Part shown: in pieces, positions 16,942-26,018 of the stretch
Layout: each line of letters opens with the position of its first letter
How positions within the stretch are numbered: position 1 is the first letter of the stretch
Assembly (NCBI GenBank): GCA_964475285.1
Contig: CAYYWB010000002.1
Coordinates: forward strand, 1-62,072
DNA from: an uncultured Bifidobacteriaceae bacterium
Lineage (GTDB): Bacteria; Verrucomicrobiota; Verrucomicrobiia; Limisphaerales; UBA11358
Length of the DNA: 62,072 bases
Reading direction: 5' to 3'
Notes under the pieces: model-generated
Told to the model about the DNA's origin: nothing
Database searches by the model: none
Seen by the model: only the letters and a program-made list of their open reading frames with translations
Translations under genes and position numbers: made by a program

Positions 16942-17997
16942 CTACCGCGTCCGCGCAAACATCAGCCGCCAAAGCCAGCCGGAGCACAGCAGGATCGCGC
17001 CCGGCCGGCCTGCAAGCGCGGGCGAAATCATCACCCATTGCAACAGCCGTGCCCAGGCCAGCCGCCGTGAAAAGGCCGCATCGCAACGCCGGGCGATTTG
17101 CCGCCGGGCTTGTGGCCAGTTCAATTTGCCTTCGCTGTAAGCGGCCAGCAGTTCGACGGCCATCTCCGCCGACTCGAAGGCCATGGACATACCGTTGCCG
17201 GTGACCGGCGGGGTCATCGTCAAGGCGTCGCCAATGCAACATTCTTTTTTTGCCGCCGCGCGCTGCGGTTTCAATTGCAACCCGGCCACGGAGCAAAACG
17301 AGTCCGATGCAAATTCCGCCGCGCCCAGCCGCTCGCGCAACAGCGAGCCGGTTTCGCCGCGCAGCCAGTCCTGCCTTGATTCCGGGCGGCGCGCTCCGTC
17401 GCGCGCGCGAAAAAGTCCGCACACATTCACTTCTCCGTCGTTGATACGATTGACGCCAATGTAACCGTCCGGAGAGAGGTGCATTTCCAAATCCGCTTCG
17501 AGATTCACGGAACTGGAGCGCGACACGTGCGCCTTCACGCCAAACCAGCGCGGATTTTTTTCCGCCGATTGAACGCGCCGCCCGGCGGCGTGAATCACTC
17601 CTTCCCGGTTTTCATCCGCGGTCCAGCGCGTGTTCACGAGCAATTCACCGCCGAGCTGTTGAAATGTTCCGGCCAGCAGCGCGTCCATCGCGTGGCGCGA
17701 CAGGCAAAGCGCAGGCGCGGCCAGTTGGCGGACGGGCGACCGGTTTGATCCACAAACGAACATGACCGTGCGGGCATGAACTGCACCGGCCTGCTCAAGG
17801 CGCGCAAGCAATCCGAGCCGTTCGAGGACAGCCTGCCCGTCTCCGCTGATGAATTCGCCGCAAACCCGGTGCCGCGGATAAATGCCCGCTTCAATAATTT
17901 TGACCGGCACATCGCGTTGTCGCAGGCCGATGCCCAGGGTCAATCCCGCCAGCCCGCCGCCAACAATTGTGATGGATTTGCCGGGCGGCATTTTCAA
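16942..17997 (-). CDS. FAD/NAD(P)-dependent oxidoreductase (geranylgeranyl-reductase/monooxygenase-like)
   Basis: SITIVGGGLAGLTLGIGL dinucleotide-binding motif. 4-nt overlap with the upstream methyltransferase gene. Confidence 0.7.
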   Translation of the reverse strand: MKMPPGKSITIVGGGLAGLTLGIGLRQRDVPVKIIEAGIYPRHRVCGEFISGDGQAVLERLGLLARLEQAGAVHARTVMFVCGSNRSPVRQLAAPALCLSRHAMDALLAGTFQQLGGELLVNTRWTADENREGVIHAAGRRVQSAEKNPRWFGVKAHVSRSSSVNLEADLEMHLSPDGYIGVNRINDGEVNVCGLFRARDGARRPESRQDWLRGETGSLLRERLGAAEFASDSFCSVAGLQLKPQRAAAKKECCIGDALTMTPPVTGNGMSMAFESAEMAVELLAAYSEGKLNWPQARRQIARRCDAAFSRRLAWARLLQWVMISPALAGRPGAILLCSGWLWRLMFARTR

Positions 17998-18689
17998 TCC
18001 ATCCGCCGCGCGATGAACAGGTGGCTGAACGGGTCAACGGGACGCTCGACCAGCTCCCAATTTTTTTTGTCCGGCCAGAGCGACGAAAGTTCGCTGCCGG
18101 CAAATCCGGCGCGGATGCTGATGGGACCATCGTGGCAGGTGACGGGACCGCAGCCGATCACCCACAGCAGGCGGCCGCAAAGCAGTGGCAGCCACGAGCG
18201 GCGCGGTTCGAGCGCGATGACCACGCGCGCGGATCGCGCCGCCAGCCGGAGCAGTTCGGCGAGCTGCTCCATTTGAAATTGGTGGAAAAACAAATTGCTG
18301 ACAATGGTTCCCGCCGGGTTTGGCGGCGACTGCCGCAGCCATTCGGAGGCTTCGGCGATTTCCGCGCGGACACGCCAGCCAAGGCGGTGGAATTGATCGC
18401 GCGTTTGTGGCTCAAGCGCGTCCAGCCGGTCCACGAGGGTCGCCTGCGCGCCCGGCCATTGTCCCTGCAAACGTCCGGCGACGCTCAACAGAAAATGTCC
18501 GTCACCCGCGCCCAGCTCGACAATCTGACGGGCGTCCTGATCCGGCAAATATGTTTGCAGCAGGCGGGTCATGATGCGCGGATGCCGCATCCAGGCATTG
18601 ATCCGGCGGAGGTCGCGGCGCGAGCGCAAGGCGGATTGATCCTGCGGCGGCAGGGTGTCGAGGAGTTCGGGAAGGACAATCCGTTTCAT
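17994..18689 (-). CDS. class I SAM-dependent methyltransferase
   Basis: VELGAGDGHF (motif I). Start taken at MKRIVLPELL, 13 nt after the type III PKS stop. Confidence 0.7.
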   Translation of the reverse strand: MKRIVLPELLDTLPPQDQSALRSRRDLRRINAWMRHPRIMTRLLQTYLPDQDARQIVELGAGDGHFLLSVAGRLQGQWPGAQATLVDRLDALEPQTRDQFHRLGWRVRAEIAEASEWLRQSPPNPAGTIVSNLFFHQFQMEQLAELLRLAARSARVVIALEPRRSWLPLLCGRLLWVIGCGPVTCHDGPISIRAGFAGSELSSLWPDKKNWELVERPVDPFSHLFIARRMD

Positions 18690-18702
18690 GGAGCGGGATA
18701 AA

Positions 18703-19758
18703 TTATTCCACGTCGAGCAGCGCGCCGTGGCAACTGAACCCGGCGCCGAATGCTGACATCCACCAGAGGCCGCCCGGCGCGCCGTCCGCCAGCGCCGCCT
18801 GCAGAACAAATAAAACCGAGGGGCTGCTCATGTTTCCGTATTCGCGCAACACGGCTTCGCTCCAGCGGACGTCGTGGCTGGACAATTGAAATTTTTCGCG
18901 CAGGGCCAGCAGCACGTCGCGCCCGCCAGGATGAAAAATCCAGCCGCTGATCTGCGGCCGCGCCACATTGCTTCGGGCGAGCATGTCGGCAAAAACCGTT
19001 CCGCAGTGTTGCGCGGCCAGCGCCGGCACTTCCGGCGTGAGAATGTTGCGGAGCATTCCGTTTTTCTGCTCGAACCGCAACTGGTCGCGGTCAGCCGGCT
19101 TCAGGAGCGAGCCGCCGCCCTTCCATTTGACGCGCCGCCCGCCATTCGCGGTGGCCGAAAGCACCGCCGCGCCCGCGCCGTCGCCGAACAGGCAGGCGCT
19201 GATCAAAACGCCCGCGTCGTCATCCAGATAAAACGCGGCGCTGCACACCTCGACGCAGATGGACAGGACGCGCCCGCAATTGCCAGAAGCCACCAGCGCC
19301 TGGGCCGTCTGCAAATTGGGAAGCGCCGCGCCGCAGCCCTGCCCCACCAAATCGAGCGCCAGCACGTCCGGCCGCAGTCCCAGCCGTTCGCCGGCATAAC
19401 TCGTCAGGCCGGGGCACAGGTAACCGGTGCAGGTGCTGATGAGGATGGCGTCAATTTCGCGCGGGCTGGTTTTGGAATCGGCAAGCGCGCGTTCCGCCGC
19501 CAGCGTGGCAAGCGCCGGCGCATTTTCAATGAACCGGGCATGAAGCGCATCTGGCGTGAGGTCGAAGGCGTGGTCCAGTTTGTCGAGCGCGAGGTGGCGC
19601 GTGGCGATGCCGTTTTCACCCGTCAGCACTTTTTTCAAAATGGTTTTCGAGCGGGCGTTCAACTCCCGGAACCGCGCGGAGGCTTTCAACGCCGTCCAAC
19701 ATTCCTGCTGGGTGTAACATTGCGGCGGCGTGGCCGTGCCGGTTCCGATGATGAACAT
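18703..19758 (-). CDS. type III polyketide synthase (chalcone/alkylresorcinol synthase family)
   Basis: 351 aa. Catalytic-triad contexts ISTCTGYLCPG (Cys), FHPGGRDVL (His) and YGNMSSPSV (Asn) match CHS-like enzymes. Confidence 0.8.
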   Translation of the reverse strand: MFIIGTGTATPPQCYTQQECWTALKASARFRELNARSKTILKKVLTGENGIATRHLALDKLDHAFDLTPDALHARFIENAPALATLAAERALADSKTSPREIDAILISTCTGYLCPGLTSYAGERLGLRPDVLALDLVGQGCGAALPNLQTAQALVASGNCGRVLSICVEVCSAAFYLDDDAGVLISACLFGDGAGAAVLSATANGGRRVKWKGGGSLLKPADRDQLRFEQKNGMLRNILTPEVPALAAQHCGTVFADMLARSNVARPQISGWIFHPGGRDVLLALREKFQLSSHDVRWSEAVLREYGNMSSPSVLFVLQAALADGAPGGLWWMSAFGAGFSCHGALLDVE

Positions 19759-19822
19759 TGGCGAAGTGTAACGCGGCGCGGGTGGACGCGCCAGAAAATG
19801 GGTGGATTTTCTGGAATCAATT

Positions 19823-21388
19823 TCATCGAACCGGCGTCAGCGGAGCAAGTTTGCGCGCGTCGAGATAGGCTGCGACGGCGGCCGCGCTGCCTTCCGGATT
19901 TGCCAGGGCGACGTGGCCGTCGGGGCGCAGGAGGTAAATGGCGTTGCGTTGCAGGCCGGCCCGGCTCATCCCGTGACGCCAGGGGAAAACGCGCAGCGGC
20001 AATTTCCTGTCGGCACACACCGCTTGGATTTCGGGCGAGGCGTCGCCATAAACGTGAATCTGCCAGTCCAGCGATGTCAGCGGCGTGAAATTATCCCCGA
20101 CCCCGTCCAGGGCTGGCTTCACCCACGGCAAACGGTCGCCGCCGTGAACCGCTCCGGCACGGCCTTCGCTCAAGCTGCTTTTGCGATAACTCACCGCCAC
20201 CTGCGAGATCACGCGGAACAGGAATTGCCGCACCGCCGCGATTTTCAAAACGCGCGGCAGAACGAACGGCACGAGATTCCTTCGGGCCCAGCGGTCAAAC
20301 GGTCTTTGACTCGTCACGCCGGTGAATACTTTGTCCGTGGTATCCACCAGTTTCCGCGCGAAGGCGATGCGTTCCGGTTCGTAACTGTCGAGGAGCGCGG
20401 CGTCCGCGCGCCCGCGCAGGACGGCGGCGAGTTTCCAGGCGAGGTTCACCGCATCGCCGACGCCGGTGTTCAGGCCCTGTCCGCCGACGGGCGTGTGGAT
20501 GTGTGCGGCGTCGCCCGCCAGAAAAATTCTTCCGCGACGGAATTGCGCGGCGACGCGGTGATGCACACGGTAGGTCGCAAACCAGTTCACGCGCTCGATG
20601 TTCATGCGCAGCATTTCGATGACGCCTTTGTTCACGTGCTTCCACTCCGCGACTCCGTTTTCGGCCTCGGCGCAGACGGTGCCAATGAGCCGCGCGCGGC
20701 CACCGGGCAGCGGAAAGACGGCCAGAAAATCCGTGGCGTCGAGCGCGACGAGCATTTCGCCATTCAGCGCCGGGCCGCTGGCGTTCACGTCGGCAACGTA
20801 AAAACGATGCGCGTAAGTGCCGCCGACGAAATCAATGTTCAGCAACTCCCGCACCAATGAACGGGCGCCGTCGCAACCAACAAGCCATGCGGCTTCGCAG
20901 GTTTCCGATGCGCCGCCAGGAAGTTTCAATTGCGCGGTGACGCGGCCGTTTTTTTCCTCAAAACCGGCAAGCTCTGTGCGGCGCTCCACATTCACGCCGA
21001 GGCCGGCGAGATGTTCCACCAGCAGTTGCTCGTGGACATCCTGGGAAATCACGAGCGCAAACGGAAACGGACAAATCTCACCGCCCATCTCCGTGAATGG
21101 AAGGCGCGCCATGTTGCGGCCGTCCACCCAAAGATTTGTGGCGGGCGCCTTGCGGCCGTGCGCGATGAGCGTGTCCGCGAAACCGATCTGGCGATAGAAT
21201 TCCAGCGTGCGCGCCTGCACGCCAATCGCGCGCGAGGTTGTTTCCGGCGCCGCCAGCCTGTCCACGATCCGGACGCGCACGCCCAGCCGTGCCAGCCACA
21301 CGGCCAGCACCAAGCCGCTCGGCCCCGCGCCAATGACGAGAACTTCAGCATCGCGAAATTTAGACGAGTTCATCGTTTCGCCCGCCAT
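19823..21388 (-). CDS. FAD-binding aromatic-ring monooxygenase (PheA/TfdB-type hydroxylase)
   Basis: VLVIGAGPSGLVLAVWLARLGVRVRIVD and GRIFLAGDAAHIHTPVGGQGLNTGVGDAVNLAWKL motifs. 521 aa with a C-terminal extension. Confidence 0.8.
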   Translation of the reverse strand: MAGETMNSSKFRDAEVLVIGAGPSGLVLAVWLARLGVRVRIVDRLAAPETTSRAIGVQARTLEFYRQIGFADTLIAHGRKAPATNLWVDGRNMARLPFTEMGGEICPFPFALVISQDVHEQLLVEHLAGLGVNVERRTELAGFEEKNGRVTAQLKLPGGASETCEAAWLVGCDGARSLVRELLNIDFVGGTYAHRFYVADVNASGPALNGEMLVALDATDFLAVFPLPGGRARLIGTVCAEAENGVAEWKHVNKGVIEMLRMNIERVNWFATYRVHHRVAAQFRRGRIFLAGDAAHIHTPVGGQGLNTGVGDAVNLAWKLAAVLRGRADAALLDSYEPERIAFARKLVDTTDKVFTGVTSQRPFDRWARRNLVPFVLPRVLKIAAVRQFLFRVISQVAVSYRKSSLSEGRAGAVHGGDRLPWVKPALDGVGDNFTPLTSLDWQIHVYGDASPEIQAVCADRKLPLRVFPWRHGMSRAGLQRNAIYLLRPDGHVALANPEGSAAAVAAYLDARKLAPLTPVR

Positions 21389-21405
21389 CCAAAAAGTTCC
21401 CCGCG

Positions 21406-22650
21406 TTAGCGGATCGCCAGCGTCGCCGGATTGGTGAGCCAGCCGGCGGGGCGCGACATGAATTCCAACATGCCGTGGCCGAAGCCCGATGTGATGGTCA
21501 CGCCGGAGGCCATGCGGCAGACTTTGTCGTTGAAGAACATATGCAGCGCGTCGGTGATTTTACCGGGGAATTTCCTCTTGAATTTCATCCCGCTTTGATA
21601 CATCGCAAAAATGCGACCGTCGTAAAAATACTGGATCAGCCCCATCCAGGCACGGAGAAGTTTGCGCATCTCGTGCGAGTAGGCTTCCAGGTTGTCCAGG
21701 TTTTCCGCAAGCATTTCCGCCGAGTGCAGCGCGAGATACACGCCCGGTGACAGCATGGGGTCCACAAAACCAAACGCGTCGCCGACCATCGCCCAGCCCG
21801 GTCCGTGGCCGCGCGAGGAGACCAGTTGGTAATTGGTGTAGGTGAAAACCCCGGTGAGGCGGCGACGGTTTGGGCCGGTGGCGGCGAGGACAGGATCGCG
21901 GGCGATGGCGGCTTCGAGCCGTTCTTCGGGCGTCTCCCCCAATTGCGCGGCGGCGTCCTTGTTGATCACCACGCCGACGGACATGCGGCTCGGCAACGGA
22001 ATGCGCCAGCTCCAGCCGTTGGCGAGTCGCCCGATCATGACCTGTCCGGGCGGCTGGTTGTCGGCGAAACCTTCAAAATGCGCGAAATGGGCCACGTCCT
22101 TGCGCGGGCCGACTTCCGCCGGAATTTCTAGGGCGTGCGCGAAGAAACGGCTGCGGCCCGTGGCATCCACCAGAAAATCCGGCTGCGCTCCTTTCAGCCA
22201 CGGCGCTTGTTCCAGCGTCTCCACCGCGAGCCGCACCCCGCCGCCGTCCGTGCGCTCGATTTTGGCGCGCGTCCGCGCGAAGCGCACGCCGAGTTCGTTG
22301 GCGCGGGCGTCGAACAGGCGGTCAAACTCCGGTCGCGGCGCATTGTAGGCGTAGGCTGGCATGCCCATGCTGGCGTTCGATTGAAAATCGAACTCCATTT
22401 TCTCATCCGCGTTCATGACGAACGTGACGCCGGGTTTCCTTTTGCAAATCGCAGCCGCCCGCTCCTCCAGGCCCAGTTTCCGCAACACGGGAACCACCGC
22501 CGGAATGAGCGACTCGCCGACGATCAACTCCGGCCGCCGCCCGTCGTCGAACACCGTCACGTCAATGCCCTTCATCGCCAGCAGCGACGCGAGCGTTGCG
22601 CCCGACGGTCCGCTGCCGATGATGCCAACTGTTTTGATGGTGGTATTAAT
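21406..22650 (-). CDS. flavin-dependent halogenase (tryptophan-halogenase-like family)
   Basis: GWSWRIPL (WxWxIP) and FVDPMLSPGV (FxxPxxSxG) signatures. The GIIGSGPSG FAD motif lies upstream of the first ATG, so a non-canonical start (ATT 22650 or ATC 22638) is implied. Confidence 0.7.
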   Translation of the reverse strand: MNTTIKTVGIIGSGPSGATLASLLAMKGIDVTVFDDGRRPELIVGESLIPAVVPVLRKLGLEERAAAICKRKPGVTFVMNADEKMEFDFQSNASMGMPAYAYNAPRPEFDRLFDARANELGVRFARTRAKIERTDGGGVRLAVETLEQAPWLKGAQPDFLVDATGRSRFFAHALEIPAEVGPRKDVAHFAHFEGFADNQPPGQVMIGRLANGWSWRIPLPSRMSVGVVINKDAAAQLGETPEERLEAAIARDPVLAATGPNRRRLTGVFTYTNYQLVSSRGHGPGWAMVGDAFGFVDPMLSPGVYLALHSAEMLAENLDNLEAYSHEMRKLLRAWMGLIQYFYDGRIFAMYQSGMKFKRKFPGKITDALHMFFNDKVCRMASGVTITSGFGHGMLEFMSRPAGWLTNPATLAIR

Positions 22651-22890
22651 AAATCGAAATTGGTTTTATGGCCTCGCCACGAACGCCGGATTGTTTGCCC
22701 GGCTTGCCCGTTTCGTCAACATAAAATCCTGCAATCTGGCGGATAAGCCGCGCTGGTTCAGTGGTCAAACACCGGCGCATTCACCGCTTGACTCAAAATC
22801 GCCGCAAAATAGAATTTGACCTGCTGGCAGGTTTAGTGGGAAATGGAGGCCAAAGACCGGTGAAATGAACAACAATTCCTGAACAACATT

Positions 22891-23898
22891 ATGAAAAAAT
22901 CCTGGTTCTGCATGCTGTTGACCGTGGCAACATTCGGCGCTATGTCCGTTTGCACGGCCGCGACAATTCTGTATCCCGTTGTCGTCAACGATCGCTGGGG
23001 ATTCATAAACAAATCCGGCGAGACCGTGATCAATCCGCAGTTTGACAAGGCCGATGTTTTTGCGGAAGGGCTTGCGCCGGTGAAAACGGGCAAGTGGGGC
23101 TATGTGGATTCTTCGGGGAAGATGGCAATCAATCCGCAGTTCGACAAGGCCGGTGGTTTCAGCGAAGGGCTGGCGGCGGTCAGGCTCGGCAGCGGCGGAC
23201 CCGCTCCCTTCGATCCCTTCGGTATTGCTGGCGGCGGCCGTTATGGCTACATCAATTCGGAAGGCAAATACGTCGTCAATCCGCAGTTCGACGACGCGGG
23301 AACTTTTTCCGACGGCCTGGCGCCAGTGAAAATGGGCAAATGGGGTTACATTGACAAATCCGGCAAGGTCCTCATCAATCCGCAATTCGACGAAGCGTAT
23401 TCGTTTTCCGACAATCTGGCGGTGATCAAATCCGGCGGCCATTTTGGCTACACCGACAAGGAAGGGAAGCTGGCCATCAATCCGCAGTTCGAACGGGCGC
23501 TGCCGTTTTCCGAAGGGCTTGCGGGAATCAGGACGGGCGGCAAATGGGGATTTGTTGACAAGACAGGCAAGGTCACCGTTAATCCGCAGTTCGACGAAGT
23601 GGGATCCTTTGTCAACGGGCAGGCGCCAGCCCGGCAGAAGCGCTGGGGTTACATTGACACCACCGGGAAATTTGTGATCAATCCGCAGTTTGACGAAGCC
23701 GCCGCGTTTTCAGAAGGACTGGCGGCGGTGCGCCAGTCGGGACACTGGGGATTCGTGAACCCAAGCGGCAAAATGGTGATCAACCCGCAGTTCGACGAAG
23801 CCGCGTCTTTTACCAACGCCTTGGCGCAGGTCAAGGTGGGCGGTCGAACCGGTTACATTGACGCCAGCGGAAAATATATTTGGAACCCCGCCAAGTGA
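22891..23898 (+). CDS. secreted WG-repeat (KWG-type beta-propeller-like) protein
   Basis: Signal peptide, then about 9 repeats of WGYIDxxGKxVINPQFDxAxxFSEGLAxV. Confidence 0.85.
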   Translation: MKKSWFCMLLTVATFGAMSVCTAATILYPVVVNDRWGFINKSGETVINPQFDKADVFAEGLAPVKTGKWGYVDSSGKMAINPQFDKAGGFSEGLAAVRLGSGGPAPFDPFGIAGGGRYGYINSEGKYVVNPQFDDAGTFSDGLAPVKMGKWGYIDKSGKVLINPQFDEAYSFSDNLAVIKSGGHFGYTDKEGKLAINPQFERALPFSEGLAGIRTGGKWGFVDKTGKVTVNPQFDEVGSFVNGQAPARQKRWGYIDTTGKFVINPQFDEAAAFSEGLAAVRQSGHWGFVNPSGKMVINPQFDEAASFTNALAQVKVGGRTGYIDASGKYIWNPAK

Positions 23899-23923
23899 GC
23901 GGGCGCGATATCCGCCACGTTTC

Positions 23924-24661
23924 CTAGCGGAGCATTTCCATGCGGGTTGCGGCAGGCAGGGATGACTGGACGGCTGAACTTGCCGGATGGAGCGACGCCG
24001 GCCGGCGGTCGAAATTCCGCCACCATCTCAACCAGCGCAACGAGTCGGCCACGGGATGAATGTGGCTGCCGCGACTCCCGCGAATGACACGGACCGGAAC
24101 GAACTCCACCCGCCGCCCCGCCAGCAGAAAGGCCATCAACATTTCGGATTCAACCTCGAAACGTTCCGTCTTGAGAGGCAGGGCCGCCCAGGTTCGCAGA
24201 TGAATGAGCCGGAACCCGGATTGGGTGTCGGGAAGCTGCCGCCCCGCGCGGCGCGAAAGTTTGCGGCTCATCCACCGGTTCACCTGCCGCCGCAGCCACG
24301 GCATGGCGCGCGCGTTATCCATGCGGTTGCCAATCACCAGCCGCGCACCGGTTTGTCCGGCGCACCGCAACAACGCCGGCAAATCCTCCGGCGCGTGCTG
24401 GCCGTCGCCGTCAAGCGTCACGGCCCATTCAAAGCCCTGCTCGAACAAGTGCGACAAGCCGGATCGGAGCGCCGCGCCTTTGCCGCGGTTTCGCTCATGG
24501 CGGATCACCGCCGCGCCGGCGCCTCTGGCCAGAAGCGCGGTCCCGTCCATCGAACCGTCATCCACGACCAGCACAAGGGAAACGTGCCGGCGCAGGGCCG
24601 AAACCAACGCGGCAATGCCGGCGCCTTCGTTGAGACAGGGAATGACCGCGGCGCATATCAT
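23924..24661 (-). CDS. family 2 glycosyltransferase
   Basis: AAVIPCLNEG, VVDDGSMDGT and TLDGDGQH (DxD) motifs. Start chosen at MICAAV. The upstream part of the 402-aa ORF is Arg/Ala-rich and looks non-coding. Confidence 0.8.
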   Translation of the reverse strand: MICAAVIPCLNEGAGIAALVSALRRHVSLVLVVDDGSMDGTALLARGAGAAVIRHERNRGKGAALRSGLSHLFEQGFEWAVTLDGDGQHAPEDLPALLRCAGQTGARLVIGNRMDNARAMPWLRRQVNRWMSRKLSRRAGRQLPDTQSGFRLIHLRTWAALPLKTERFEVESEMLMAFLLAGRRVEFVPVRVIRGSRGSHIHPVADSLRWLRWWRNFDRRPASLHPASSAVQSSLPAATRMEMLR

Positions 24662-24776
24662 GGGCGTTCTGTTTAGCTTCAATCGCGCCGGCAATCGAGA
24701 CAAAAAACCGGCGGCGGTTGCATTGTTTTCTTTCGCACGCATTTGATTGGGATATGATTGCCGCCGCCAAATTGTC

Positions 24777-26018
24777 ATGCTTTTTCCGACAACCTCATCG
24801 CCGCGAACGCCTGCCCGTGTCGTCGTCACCGGCGCTGGAATCATCACGGCCCTGGGCATCGGCTGGACACCAAACGCGGAAGGCTTCCGCGCCGGCCGCG
24901 CGGCGTTCCGCCCGGTGTCGCAATTTGATGTCAGCCGCCAGCGCGTAAAAACCGCGGCGGAAGTTGATTTGCCGTCAATTCTTCCGCCGACCCGGCTCGG
25001 CGCGCGTTCCATCGCCCGGCTTGACCGCGCCGGCGCGATGCTCGTGCTGGCCGCGCTCGAAGCGTGGCGGCAGGCCGGCTGGGAACCCGCTGAAAATCTG
25101 CCGCTTGTTTTGGGCACGACGGCAGGCGGCATGTTGCTCGGGGAAAGTTATTTTCGACAGGCGTTGCAACAACCGCTGCGACATTGCCAGCAGGCCACGC
25201 GGGCCGTTTATTATCAGCCGCAGGTCCAGGCGCGGATGGTTTGTGACGCGCTCGATTTCAGCGGGCCAATCACCATCATCTCGAACGCCTGCGCCTCCGG
25301 CGGCAATGCCATCGGCCATGCTTGGGATTTGATTCGTTTTGGCCAAGCCGAGCGCGTGGTCGCCGGCGGTTATGACGCGCTTGGCGAAATGGTTTTTTCT
25401 GGTTTTGATTCCTTGCAGGCGCTCTCGCCGACGGTCTGCCGTCCATTTGATGCGCGACGCGATGGTCTGGCGCTCGGTGAAGGCGCGGCGGTCGTCACGC
25501 TTGAAACCCTTGTGAGCGCGCGACGGCGCGGCGCTGAAATTCTGGGCGAAATCACCGGTTATGGCACGTCCATTGACCAGCACCATCTCACCCAGCCGCA
25601 TCCGCAGGGCGGCACCACGTTGATGGTCATGAAGCAGGCTTGCGCGAGCGCGGGCATCACGCCGGCCGAAATTGATTACATCAACGCCCACGGCACCGGC
25701 ACCGTGCTCAACGACGCTTCGGAAGCGTTCGCGATCAGCGAATGGGCGGGCCGCCGCGCCGCCACCCTGCCGGTCAGTTCCACGAAAGCCAGCGTCGGAC
25801 ATCTGCTCGGCGGCGCGGGCGCGGTCGAGGCGGTGGTTTGCCTCATGACTTTGCGCGAACAATGGCTGCCGCCGGAAATTGAATTTGAAACGCCCGATCC
25901 GGCCTGCAAATTTCCGATTGTCAACAAGCCGCAGGACGCGCGCGTGAACGCCGTGCTGTCCAACTCGTTTGGTTTTGGCGGCGTGAACGCGGCGTTGATT
26001 TTCAGGAGGTGGGCATGA
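24777..26018 (+). CDS. beta-ketoacyl-ACP synthase (KAS I/II-type, active Cys-His-His)
   Basis: ISNACASGGNAIG (Cys), INAHGTGT (His) and SVGHLLGGAG (His). Confidence 0.85.
   Translation: MLFPTTSSPRTPARVVVTGAGIITALGIGWTPNAEGFRAGRAAFRPVSQFDVSRQRVKTAAEVDLPSILPPTRLGARSIARLDRAGAMLVLAALEAWRQAGWEPAENLPLVLGTTAGGMLLGESYFRQALQQPLRHCQQATRAVYYQPQVQARMVCDALDFSGPITIISNACASGGNAIGHAWDLIRFGQAERVVAGGYDALGEMVFSGFDSLQALSPTVCRPFDARRDGLALGEGAAVVTLETLVSARRRGAEILGEITGYGTSIDQHHLTQPHPQGGTTLMVMKQACASAGITPAEIDYINAHGTGTVLNDASEAFAISEWAGRRAATLPVSSTKASVGHLLGGAGAVEAVVCLMTLREQWLPPEIEFETPDPACKFPIVNKPQDARVNAVLSNSFGFGGVNAALIFRRWA

Noticed and set aside
22981-23880. Periodic DNA repeats (atcaatccgcagttcgac... every ~105 nt) that could be mistaken for a repeat array
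   Set aside because: They are in frame and encode the WG repeats of a single secreted protein. There is no spacer/repeat structure of the CRISPR type, and no CRISPR array was seen anywhere in the window.
24662-25132. N-terminal 157-aa extension of the GT2 ORF (the track ORF is 23924..25132)
   Set aside because: The extension is Arg/Ala/Ser-rich and overlaps the KS gene on the other strand. The GT2 fold begins at MICAAVIPCLNEG, so the start was set at 24661.
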